A DNA stretch of 64,000 bases from Lingula anatina (taxonomy: Eukaryota; Animalia; Brachiopoda), in contig CM120640.1 in NCBI GenBank assembly GCA_051362555.1, positions 71,774,788 through 71,838,787 of the forward strand, read 5' to 3'. Below, piece by piece: positions 14,075-25,229 of the stretch (positions are counted from its first letter, which is position 1; the number at the start of each line of letters is the position of its first letter). A model generated the notes under the pieces. It was not told the DNA's origin and made no database searches. It saw nothing but the letters and a program-made list of their open reading frames with translations. The translations under genes and the position numbers were made by a program.

Positions 14075-14485
14075 CAGCTAGTACGCTAAAGGTGAACCTT
14101 ATGAGATAACATTAGGCTTCGTACATCTAGACACATCTGCTGGCTTCAAGGCTGCGTGGAAAGAATTTGAAAGAAGATATGGTGATTAAGACCAAATCAC
14201 TACATCATACATAAACAGTGCGTTGCAGTGGCCAGTGATATGTTGCTCTGGACAGATATGGCATATTTTTAAGAGAATGGGAGTAACAGTAAAGGAAATA
14301 GATGTGATCTGAGTCCTTGAGTACCCTGATAATCTTAAGTGGTTAATGACAAAGCTACTACTCAGACTGCATGACAAGTGGAGGAGCATTGTGTACGAAA
14401 GGAAAGAAAAAGGACAAAAAATAACTTTCCACTTATTTGTAGATTTCGTTCAGAAGGAAGCAAGGAAATTGGCCGACCCCATGTC
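14075..14485 (+). mobile_element. BEL/Pao LTR retrotransposon gag fragment (pseudogene)
   Basis: QYAKGEPYEI...GFKAAWKEFERRYGD and LHDKWRSIV...FHLFVDFVQKEARKLADP, typical of BEL/Pao gag; contains stops. Confidence 0.65.
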
Positions 14486-15715
14486 GTGATTTGTTTTATT
14501 GAATTGGTTTTCATTTCTTATTTGACAATGTCTTTTTGAGCTTATCTTTCTGATTTTAACCAAAATGAGGAGTTTTAAGGACTGTCTTGGCAAGAAAAAT
14601 GATACTATATCTGACATAAGTACTAGCATACATGTAGCAGACTTTTTTTTTTGGATAATAATAATGATAACTAAGTGGCATAGAATTGGTTTGTAAGCAA
14701 AAAGTGATTTCTAAACATCACAATGCCATGTTCAAGATATTACAACATGTATTTGTTTCTTTTTCAATTATATTAAAATTAAAGAAATGACAAGAAGGAA
14801 AGTTATTAAATTTCTTAATTCAAATTCTATTATGAAATAGGTTTTCAATGGTAACGGTAAGTGTAATTGGTTCTACACATTGTAGTTTTACCAGAACACG
14901 GCTTACCTCTGTACCTGTGCTTATTTAACATGATAATAGACCCTGACAATTAGTTGGGTAGTGGGATTCACAGTTTGTTCACCTCATATTATCTATATGC
15001 ACTTGCTGATTTCACTGACATTCTAACAAGTTTCATTGCATCACAGACATTTTGTCTGATGATACTTTTTGATTGAACTAGATTTGAATTCTAAAATTAA
15101 TTGTAAATATGCATTTACAGCGTACTTGTTGCACATTCAGAAAAAAGGTCACCATTTTGGGGCCCTATAGTTCAAATCAATACATCTGACACATAACCTA
15201 AAGGCAGACTAAATTCAAATTTATTGGGTTAGTACTTTAAGGAAAGTCTGAAATCAGCCTGTTTTCACTTGGTGTGCTGTGTGTGTGCTACAACACTGCT
15301 TTTTATTGAATACTCTGGAAAATCATACATGAAATGATTTAACCATTCTTGTATGTTATTTGGATCTTTCTCACTTCCACATTATATCTGTATGTATATT
15401 ATTAAAATGATACCTAATAAAGGGGCAGTATCATTTTAATTCGGAGTTAAATTAATTCAAATGTACTTTTCTGGGGCTACCAATCACTGCTTCTAAATGA
15501 GAATGCATATCGGTACATTTTGTACATGTACAGTATGTATATAACATTTATAAATACATGCTTTTCATTTCAAAGTGAACTTATTTGAAATTGTGTAAAA
15601 ATAATCATTACTTTCTGATAATGACGTAATCCGTCATTGTCTGTCATTGGCTGACAATATTTTATAAATCCACATTTTTGAGATAAAAAAATAATAAACA
15701 GCTGTTATAACGGTA

Positions 15716-18700
15716 GGTGGGTGAAATGATGGAACCAGTTGATGCAAGGATCGTTTCTCGGGTGATGGAGCTGACCAAAAATGGTGTTCGTCGAGTTGGC
15801 ACAATGCGGAAGCTTGTCCATGAATTTGTGAAGAATGAGCTATTCCATGGTGAAAATATACCCCCATGGTCACGTAGAAGGTTGGTAGTCAGAATTATTA
15901 AGTCACTCTTCATAACACACAGCATCTGGACTGCGTCATTAATGTATTAAGTGAAACACGTTTTTTGTATTGTTTTGTTTTACAGAACAAAAAAAGATTG
16001 AACAATGTGAAGTTTAAAAATTAAAATGTTTATCAATACTTAAATATGCACAATAACTTAGTAAGACACCGTTCCCACAACCACATCAGTCTATGTGGAT
16101 CGATCTTTCTCCTCAGGGTCACTGTTTAGATTGTACATGTAGTGCATAGTAATGTGCACCAATCAGTAGGACCATACTTTTTTTCTTCATAGGTTCTTTC
16201 TAACCAACAAAGACCTAATAAACATTATGGCAAAGGCAAAAAAAGGGTTTAGTGACAAAGACCAAGAAAACCTCATGGTATTGGTCACAAAATGGAAAGA
16301 GGAAAACAAAGAAGATTCTTTTATAGACCATGTCAAGCTGAAACAGGTTAGTGTTTGAGAATTTGCATTCTCATGCTCATTTACAAATATACTGATATTG
16401 ATCTACATATATATTAATTGATAGGTTTTTGGTGCAATGGAAAAAATCTATATTTATTTGGTTATGTGTACTGAACTGGACTACTAATATCCTGATGTAA
16501 CATAAACTGCACCTGAATCAAGAACATTTTACTCTTATGTATCCTATGACTACATGTAAGTGAGTACATGTAACTACGTCAGAAAAATGTACATGATATA
16601 CCGTTTATTTAAGTTGATTAACATTTTAAGTTGCTCAGTACCTGTGTTCGTTTTTTGCAGATTCTAGTGAGAAGGTTGATTTTCTTTTTGCCTATCAATC
16701 CAGTTGGCAGCAACGCCTTCTAAACTTATAATGGAGGAGAACTTGTTTTGTTAGATGAAAAATTGCATGTTCTGCAAATGAATGCAACTTTCAAACTGCT
16801 TTAGAGGAATTGAAGAAAAGTGTTCCATGGAGGGAATCACAAAGTCTAAGGAATTGGTTTTCCAATAAATGGTTGCCAGAGGCTAAAGTAGTTATCATAA
16901 AGAAATAATTATATGTTTTGGAACAAGAAAATTGTATTTTTCCTTTTTAAAATTTTATTTTATTTATTTATTTTTTGGAAATAATTTGACCTTTTTGTCC
17001 TCTTATTGAAGCCAGGAGGACAAATTAAATTCAGCCTAGTAGATTCAGGCCAGAACTTGCAGTGCCAAAAAGGTTGTTCTTTCAACCATCTGCATGTCTG
17101 CGCCTGCTTACAGGCCTGTACAGTATTACCGATTGGAATGTACACTTTAAATAAACTTTTCTAATGTTAATAAATTAATTTCAGCGGTGGGTGAACTACT
17201 TCAAAGCAAGATCTCTTGATATAGCTGTCTACACAGACAATGGAGTTGAGCAACAAAATGAGACGCTGAAATACTCCTACCTTCAGCAGCAGGGGCGTAA
17301 CCAGGCATACGCACGGATGCACTGTGCGTACAATTTTTTGAGCCAACCATGAAATTATTCTCCATAAATTCAGTGTATTTTTCAAGGAATATAATCGTAC
17401 CCGGGAATTTTCAAAATCTGTGCGTACAATTTTAAATGGTCTGGTTACGCCCCTGAGCAGTACAGTAGGAACTCTGTTTCTTTATTGGAACTGTTGACAG
17501 TTTTGATAAACTCCTTTCTGCCAGATTCATACCACAGGTTAGTATACTTGGAATATGAATAATTTATTGCTTGAATGTTTCAACTCTGATACATAATGTT
17601 TATACATGTAGTTGTACACTGAAATTCACTTTCTGACTTGCAGTAAACTCACATTTCAGAAATACATGTATATGTCCCAAGTACATGGATAATACATTGT
17701 TAATATTGAATATTATAATGTTATTTTAGGTACATTGAGTTAAATGTGAGGTCTTCAGATGTTTACAGAAAGTATTCTGCCCAGCTTCCTCCATTTCTCC
17801 ATAACAGGCCTAAAGATTTTGTGAAACTGGTAAAGAAGAATCTTGATGAAGATTCATCTGATGATTTTAGATGTTGAAAAAGATAACACTAAATTATTGA
17901 ATTGGTCATATGACACTTATTTTGCACCACTGCTGGCTACATACACCAGGCACCCATTTGCTTTATGATTTAATTGCAGCATGCTGGTTTTTAATTGCCA
18001 GATTAGTCATTTAAGGAGCTACCTGAAAGGGAGACAGTTGTATTCAGCAGAAATCCATTAAGAGCATTAACAAGTGGTTATCACATACCACCACTCCCAG
18101 ACAACCTTTGAAAATGTTTAAGAAAATAATCACTTTCGTAAATTTGACAAAAAAACGATGTCTCCAGTGGTTGTTCACTGAAGCACATTGTTTTAGATTC
18201 TTAGCATGAAGTCTATAATTGGTATAATTGTTTTCGGTTTTTCAGGTATCTTCAAAGTGTCAAAAGCCTCTGGGATGTCACACATTGTCACCTTTGGGAA
18301 AGATGGGTCATCTATGCCTTCTTGCACATGCTTTCACTGGAAAATGAGCAAATTACCTTGTAGGCACTTTTGTTCTGTTTTTAAAAGTGCAGAATTTGCC
18401 TGGTCATGGGATGATTTGAATATCACTTATAGAAGGCTCCCCATACTCAGTTTGGACAACAACTTACTTAAAAGTGTTGAGGGGGAATGTAGTGAACATT
18501 TCACGGAGTCAACTGAGTCAACTTACTCACCAGATAGCATTCCCACATACAGTGACATCACAACAAGAAGACCCAAAAGAAAATTGCTTATTGATAAGTG
18601 CGCTGGCACATTAAAATCAATTAAGGACAAACTGTAAAATATTAAAGATATGGATTATTTAGAGGAGCTTCGCGAGGAACTCCTTGCTATCGATGTGCAA

Positions 18701-19273
18701 TTAGAGGCCCATCTTCCAAGCCAAGATGGTATCACCACCATTCTTACTCCCAAGAAAAGGAAAACATGCCAAGACGACCACTCGGATTTTGCCCCTTTGC
18801 CGAAGCGTTACTGCAGAAGGCCTAAACAACAATTTTCATCAAGAGTAGGAAAACTTGCAGAACAGATGCGCAAAAGTTACAATGTAAATGTCCCATTGAA
18901 ATTTGAAGATGTCAGCACACCAAAAAACAAATGCCCAGAAAACATAGATTTGCATGAACCAGTAGAACCCCATGTGATACCAGCTGATATACCTGTGGAT
19001 GCAATACCTGAAGTGATTGAAGTGGATGACCAAACTGATTGGACTGATGCTGGTGATGTGCAATCTACTAGTATTGCCTGTAAATGGACAGAAGTAAATG
19101 GGCAAATACTAACCAATGAGGATAGAGACATATTGTCGGAAAAAGGTTGGCTTGATGACAAAATCATCAATACCAGTTTATCTATTCTTTCAGATAAGTT
19201 CTATAGTATTTGTGGTTTTGAGAACACATTAAATTTAGCAAGTGCAATCGGTACCAAAATAACTTTGGTTTGA
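15716..19273 (+). mobile_element. Mutator-like (CaRF-related) spliced transposase pseudogene with SWIM zinc finger and start of an Ulp1/C48 protease domain
   Basis: Exon relics ~15716-15880, 16193-16346, 16662-16890, 17185-17537, 17730-17875, 18246-19273. Motifs FLFAYQSSWQQRLL..GGELVLLD, TDNGVEQQNETLK, SWIM CTCFHWKMSKLPCRH, Ulp1 start LTNEDRDILSEKGWLDDKIIN. The core after LLD is deleted; frameshifts and stops present. Confidence 0.75.
17290..17455. mobile_element. MITE with 15-bp TIR CAGGGGCGTAACCAG and 5-bp TSD AGCAG
   Basis: Right TIR CTGGTTACGCCCCTG. TSD at 17285-17289 and 17456-17460. Removing the element restores the frame KYSYLQQYSRNSVS. A partial inverted copy lies at ~30760-30870. 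Confidence 0.85.
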
Positions 19274-19543
19274 TAAAATTGAAAGATTCTTTTTGAGGAC
19301 CACTATATTATTAGGTGAAAGTGAATACCTTTGGGTGGTAAATTATGATCAATCCGTTTCCATTCAGTTTTCACATTACGATTTCAAGGTATAATTTGTT
19401 TTATTTCTTGATAATTTTTTACTGATTACTACTATATCATATGAAAGGAAATTAAGCAATTTGAACAATGGAATTATTTCCATTAAATACTCACATGGCT
19501 CTTTTGAAATTAATTTTAAAAATCACATTCATTTTATTTACAG

Positions 19544-20400
19544 ACATCAGTCAAGCTGGTCCTAGTACAAAGTCAGAGGAAACAGTCAGATATACAACAG
19601 CAGCAGCCAAGTACCCAAAGAGCTTATCTGTCCGGGACATGTTGAAATTAGGAAGGGCCATAACAGAAAAAAACGAAATAGTAGAGGTCTTTCGCTTTGA
19701 TATTTCCACCATGAGATGGTCTAAAATGGACCAAACTGTTTACCTGTGTATTGAGAAAAACCCCTTTGCCAGTGGTGGGTTTAGATTTGCCCACAAGGCA
19801 TCAAGTGTCACCCCAGGCTTCAAAGGGCAATCCTGGGTGGTGAAAAAATATGTGAAAGATGCAATTGATATCATCAAAGACACCAACCAAACAAAGGAAC
19901 AGCACACAAGGAAGGTAGTCCAAATGCACAAACTTGCAAGCAACATCTCAACAAAGTTATCTCAGAAGTTGGAGGAATTGAATGTCATTAATGAATATGG
20001 TCAAACTTTGAAGTATAATGACATTTTTTTTAGGAAGGTTGTTAGATAGTGACGATTGGGTAACAATAGAAGAGTTCATTCCTGGGGAATTTGTTAAGTA
20101 CATTAACAATGATGGCACAATTATTAACCATCATGATAGCATTGCTATGGAAATTGTTGAAAATGTGAAAGTCTTGCACACTTCAGTTTTGAGATATCTA
20201 AGGGAGAACTCATGATATTAGATATGCAGGGCAGTGGTCACAGCTTGTATGACCCTGAGATAGCATCCAAGTCTTTTATGCAAGATGATGAAGTGTTGTT
20301 TTCAACTGGGAACTTGTCTCATATGGCCATACAGAAATTTAAAGAGAAATGTAACAGATTTTGTACCGTACTCAAGTTGAAGGAAATTGACGATCTATAA
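19544..20400 (+). pseudogene. Alpha-kinase (eEF2K/TRPM7-type) terminal exon, frameshifted
   Basis: PFASGGFRFAHKA, WVVKKY, VTIEEFIPGEFVKYINNDG, AHFSF, LMILDMQG, LYDPEIAS, FSTGNL, CNRFC. Frameshifts near 20030 and 20160; AG acceptor at 19542-19543. Confidence 0.85.
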
Positions 20401-21170
20401 TCAGTGGTTGACCTTCGTATTAAATAGCGCAGGCCTATTCAGCCAGTGAGTGCGGCTGACCAAGGCAGGCTTTTGCCTGCTTTATTAGGAAGTTACCAGC
20501 CAAATATTCAAGGTCATGTGGTAATGAATTATGATTGACCAGTTATCAGGTACCAATGCTGCATACTGTATATGTAGTTGGTTACAGGCTATATGCAAAT
20601 AAATTTTTTTTTTCAAATTAGGTAGTTTATTCTTTATTCCACCCATTGTGTATTAAGTTAAAAAAAACTATTTGTGCATTGAAGAGACAAAAGCTACAGC
20701 TGACCATACAAAATTATTATTGACTGATTTAGAGATAATAATCTGTTGTTCTGAGGCTTAATGAAAAAGGAACAAAATTGGAAAGTGATTGCTATGTGGA
20801 TTTTTGACCATTATGCATTAATTTCACATGACTATTGCTACTTCAATCAACACAAAATAACAAGAAAGCTAAAATATTTTTTGTGGAGATGAACCATTTT
20901 GACACAAAATGTATGGTAATGTTACCATACTATAACACTTGGCACTGAGGAAAATATTTATCATGACCTACCAAGTAAGCATTTACACTACCATCTAAAA
21001 TCAATTTAGCCAAATATGCATTTTTAAAATAAACATTATCATTATTAAACATCCGACAGCACAGAGTCGGTGTACAATAATAATATACTAGTAGATGACG
21101 TACAACATTGCACCCAAATTGAAAGTACTGCATCAATTTATAAGTAGTTAATCTAGATAAGTCCTATTTT

Positions 21171-21358
21171 TCAGGCATTAAAATTATCCTTGAGATACAA
21201 ATATGCTCTCCAAAAGTCTTTAGCTTCGATATCATGAATATCAGGCAAAATTCTTTCACACCTTTGCCTAAAATCAGGTTCTAGGAAGTCATCACTGACA
21301 TCAAGCACACCGGAAATTTCAGCCACTTCTCGAAGTTGTTCATTTGTAACAGGTAATT
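21171..21358 (-). mobile_element. Last exon of a probable integrase-core/IS3EU-like transposase, convergent with the alpha-kinase
   Basis: LPVTNEQLREVAEISGVLDVSDDFLEPDFRQRCERILP...AYLYLKDNF resembles C-termini of invertebrate integrase-core transposases; AG acceptor at 21359-21360; upstream exons absent. Confidence 0.45.
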
Positions 21359-21776
21359 CTAAAATAGAAAAGTACAAAATGTCACACATTAAAATAGTCT
21401 TTATTACTACTGTATAATACCATCCAATCTTTCTGGGGTGGTTGTCATCCAGACCTCTAGTTCAACTAAATGTTTTCCCATGTCCGTTTCTCCCCTAACC
21501 TATAATACATAATATCAGTGATGTGCAGTAGGTTGGGAAAATCTGAGTTCTGCTCTTAAGCAAAAGATGGTTCAAACGCAAAGATTAATTGCACTTGGGT
21601 TCTTTGTGGTGATGCTTAAGGTCAAACAAGGAATGGTATATCTAGAACAATTTAATTTTCTATTTTGGCACCTTTTTTGTCCTGCTTGCCCCTAATTCGT
21701 ACTGCCTAAATCCTGAATTTTAGTTCAAAACTTCATATATTCTTACATTCATAAAATTACTTTCACAATCTGTTAG

Positions 21777-21799
21777 GTGTGTGTGTGTGTGTGTGTGTG
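21777..21799. repeat. (GT)n microsatellite abutting the left end of the recombinase element
   Basis: Direct reading. Confidence 0.9.
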
Positions 21800-21817
21800 C
21801 TCTTGTGCACGCATTCT

Positions 21818-22160
21818 AACCGAGGACACACACCTGCCCGAAACCCACTAACCGAGGACACACCTCCAACCGAGGACGTCCTCGGTTGACATAAGCAGTG
21901 GAATGCATAAAGGGGCCCATTTCAAGTTAGGTGGTGAAATTTGACGCTATTCTGAGCCAGTCCTCGGTTATGCTGTATAGCGCGGGCCAAATTCCCGCCA
22001 CGAGTGTATCAGAAATACTGTCCAACTTTTTGTCTGAAATCGGGCTATACACACGCGTCCTCGGTTGTGCTGTAAAGGGCGGACCAAATTCCGCGTCCTC
22101 GGTTGTGCTGTAAAGGGCGGACCAAATTCCGCGTCCTCGGTTGTGCTGTAAAGGGCAGAC
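21818..22160. repeat. AACCGAGGAC motif array (3 forward, 5 reverse) with a 22-bp perfect palindrome and 38-bp tandem units
   Basis: Forward at 21818, 21850, 21868; reverse GTCCTCGGTT at 21878, 21960, 22057, 22095, 22133. Confidence 0.9.
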
Positions 22161-22448
22161 TAAATTGAAACTAATGTTATATCTCAGATGTCTATATATT
22201 CAGTAAGTTCATATTTTTAAACTAAAGGTCTTTTTTATCAAATTAAGCTCTCCTAGGCCGTTACGTAACTACATAACTATCATCGCACTGTACATATTAC
22301 GGCATGCTTCTTTATTAGTACAACTGACTTGGAGTGGTTTAAATAAAGAAGAACTGTCTGAATTTGTGGCTCACTCGGTAGATCTTAGGACCGACAATCT
22401 TTTGAGGGTGCAAGAATTAAATGAAAAGGGTAAATGGATCGTCCGTAA

Positions 22449-22660
22449 ACCCCCTTTACACTGGGGCGGCGTCCTTTGTGCGACCAAGAAACTGGCATCA
22501 CTGTGGTCGTAGAAAGGAGGTACAAGCATTGCTTTGGTTGAAAAAAATGAATATTTGGTGATTGGCCAGTTGTCAGAAAGTTAAGTATTATAATTTTGTA
22601 CTCTCAAATGGATCCGTACTACAGGACGCAGAAAGGACGCCGTCCAGTGTAAAGGGCCCC
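22449..22660. mobile_element. MITE, possibly PIF/Harbinger-type
   Basis: TIRs CCCTTTACACTGGGGCGGCGTCCTTT / AAAGGACGCCGTCCAGTGTAAAGGG; flanked by TAA/TTA. Confidence 0.6.
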
Positions 22661-22714
22661 TTAGCTAACTATGAATTAATCTACCCCTGACAGTTTGAAG
22701 AAGGCTATGACATT

Positions 22715-25204
22715 ATGAAACATTTGTTATTACATAATGGCTCTGCGAACTACAGTCACTTCTTTTCAACAGTTACAATCTTAGAAGGTAGAGCATTGGA
22801 GCAAGAAGACAAGGAGATGGAGAAGAAGTCCAAGTCATTCAGGAAGCTCTGTGAAATGAATTGGACAAATGATATTTCGACCCATGCTCTGCGAACCTTG
22901 TACAACTGCAAGAAGAATCAGATCAAAGTTCTGCCAGTGACAGAAGACATCATGCTGCTTTCAAAGTTCTTGAAAAATGAAAGTCAACGCTGCATAGACG
23001 AAGTGGAGAAGAGCATGGATTGCAACACATGGAACAGATTGAACAAAGTAGTCCTAGCTAGAATCATTCTATTCAATCGCCGCCGGCAAGGAGAGGCCTC
23101 CAGAATAACATTAGATGATTACCAGAATAGGCCAGCACCTAATGGGGAGAAGGTAGTTTTAGATAGTCTTACTACTGTAGAGCAGGAGTTATGTCAAACC
23201 CTACACGGAATGGAGATCACAGGGAAAAGGGGAAGAACAGTCCCTGTTCTTCTCCCATCAGATGTGCAACAGGCAATAAATTTGCTCATTGAAACAAGAT
23301 CAAAATTTGGAGTGAGCAAAGATAACAAGTATCTCTTCCCCAGGCCCAACTATGGCAGTGAGGGTCACATCCGGGGGTCGGACTGCCTTAGAGAACTAGC
23401 ACAAGAGAGTGGAGCAAAGCAGCCAGAGCTGATCAATTCCACCACCCTGAGAAAGCAGATTGCCACCATATCCCAGGTGGTAGATCTGAGAGAGAATGAG
23501 CTGGATATCTTGGCTAAGTTTTTAGGCCATGATATTCGTATACATCGGGAATATTATAGACTGCCAGAAGCAACAGTTCAGGTGGCCAAAGTGTCCAAGC
23601 TTTTGCTTGCCTCAGAGCAAGGACTGCAAATTGGAGGCAAGACTCTCGGTGACATAAATGTCACCACTGAAGATGGTATGTAATAGATCCTTCTTTAGAA
23701 ATCATTGTGAAACACTTCCATCCATCTCCCTGAAAACATTTCTAAATGTTAAGATGTTGTGTACCTGAGAGATATTACCAAAAATCTGTTATCATTAAAA
23801 TTTATTCAAAGTATGTAAGAGAATACACACTGAATTCTCATTTCACTAGTTGTTTTATCAATCAAACATTATACGATTTCAAATTTTAGTATTTGAAGAG
23901 GAATTGTTGGAGGACGCAGCAAATGAAGACTCTGCTCAAGGTATAGTAAAATTTGATAAAATGCTGAGTTGCACAAGTGATGTTTTTTGTAGTATAGGAA
24001 CATGCAGTGAGTGCACTTCTATGTGTAAACGTACAATAAAAACTGTCAGAATTATCTAGATTTACATGCTACATTTAAAGTGATAACTGTTAGTATGAAA
24101 TCCTTATTTGACAATGAATACAAATGCTATTTTATCACCAAAGTGGCAGTTAACCCAATTTTTATGAAGTCTGTGCTTGTTATCACATCACGTGACCTCC
24201 ACAGATGACTGTACTCTGTAATATTCTCTTAAGAAAATATTACAAAACACCAAACTTTTTAGAAAAAAAACAGGGACTAACTTTGAATTGCAGATCTGAT
24301 TCACTGACCAATAGTTTTAAGTATGTGAAAATTGCCCTTAACCCCCCCCCCTTTTTTTTTTTTTGCTAAAATGGTCATTTATTATCCCTTTAGTATATTA
24401 ACCTTTAATTTTGCTTTTTCAGATATTGTTGGTCAATTGATTCCAAGGGTCCCTTTAGATAATGGTGGAGAAGTTAATGCATTAGTGGAAAAACCAGGTA
24501 AAAAGAATTGCAAGAAATTACATACAGTAAATGTTTATCAAAATATTTGAATAATATAATGAACTCTCAAATTTCTATATTGGTATTCTAACATATTTTT
24601 TTCTGGATATTACTTGTTACATGATCTAATAACATATCAGGTGAAAATATGCTATACACTAATTTTGCTGTCAAAATGCTTAGATCCATATTCTATGGGG
24701 AAACTAAGAGGCCTTTCACAACAAATGGGCCAGGGTTTGACTCATCATGTGACATTTTGAAAGAATAACACCTAATTCTTTAATGGAATGTCTTCAGGCA
24801 ACTTCGCTGTTTTAATAGCTCTCCCCCCCTGCAGGGAAGGCGGGTCAATTCGTTAAAGGATAAAATTTTACTTTTTTAACATGTGTGATGATTTAGGCTT
24901 CAGCTCAGTTAAGCTGCAGCTCATTTGTTATGATTAGTCTCTACAGCATTAAGTCTGAATAGTTCCATACTTTTTTTTATTTGTAGTCCCAAAAAAGAAG
25001 GCAAAAGGCAAAAGGCCTTGGACAAAAGAAGAAGTGTCAGCTGTATTGAAGCATTTAGGAAGTTTCCTGTTTCAAGGAAAACTGCCTGGAAAAGAAGCAA
25101 TCATGGAATGTGTGGAACAAGAATCTGCTTTGGATAGCAGGAGCTGGAAAAACATTAAAGACTTTTGTAGAAACAGAATGCAAACAAAGGATCCACTAAT
25201 TTAA
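22715..25204 (+). mobile_element. Tyrosine-recombinase (Crypton-like) transposon gene, spliced, with C-terminal Myb/SANT-like helical domain; 5' part missing
   Basis: Open frame to 23675 with YR motifs FNRRRQGE (R), GKRGR (K), YLF, STTLRKQIAT (R), LGHD (H), HREYY (Y). Phase-1 exons 23890-23940, 24423-24497 and 24987-25204 (KRPWTKEEVSAVLKHL...LPGK...RSWKNIKDFCRN) join in frame through GT-AG sites. Confidence 0.8.
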
Positions 25205-25229
25205 AAACTAACTTATGCAAATTAAGCAA

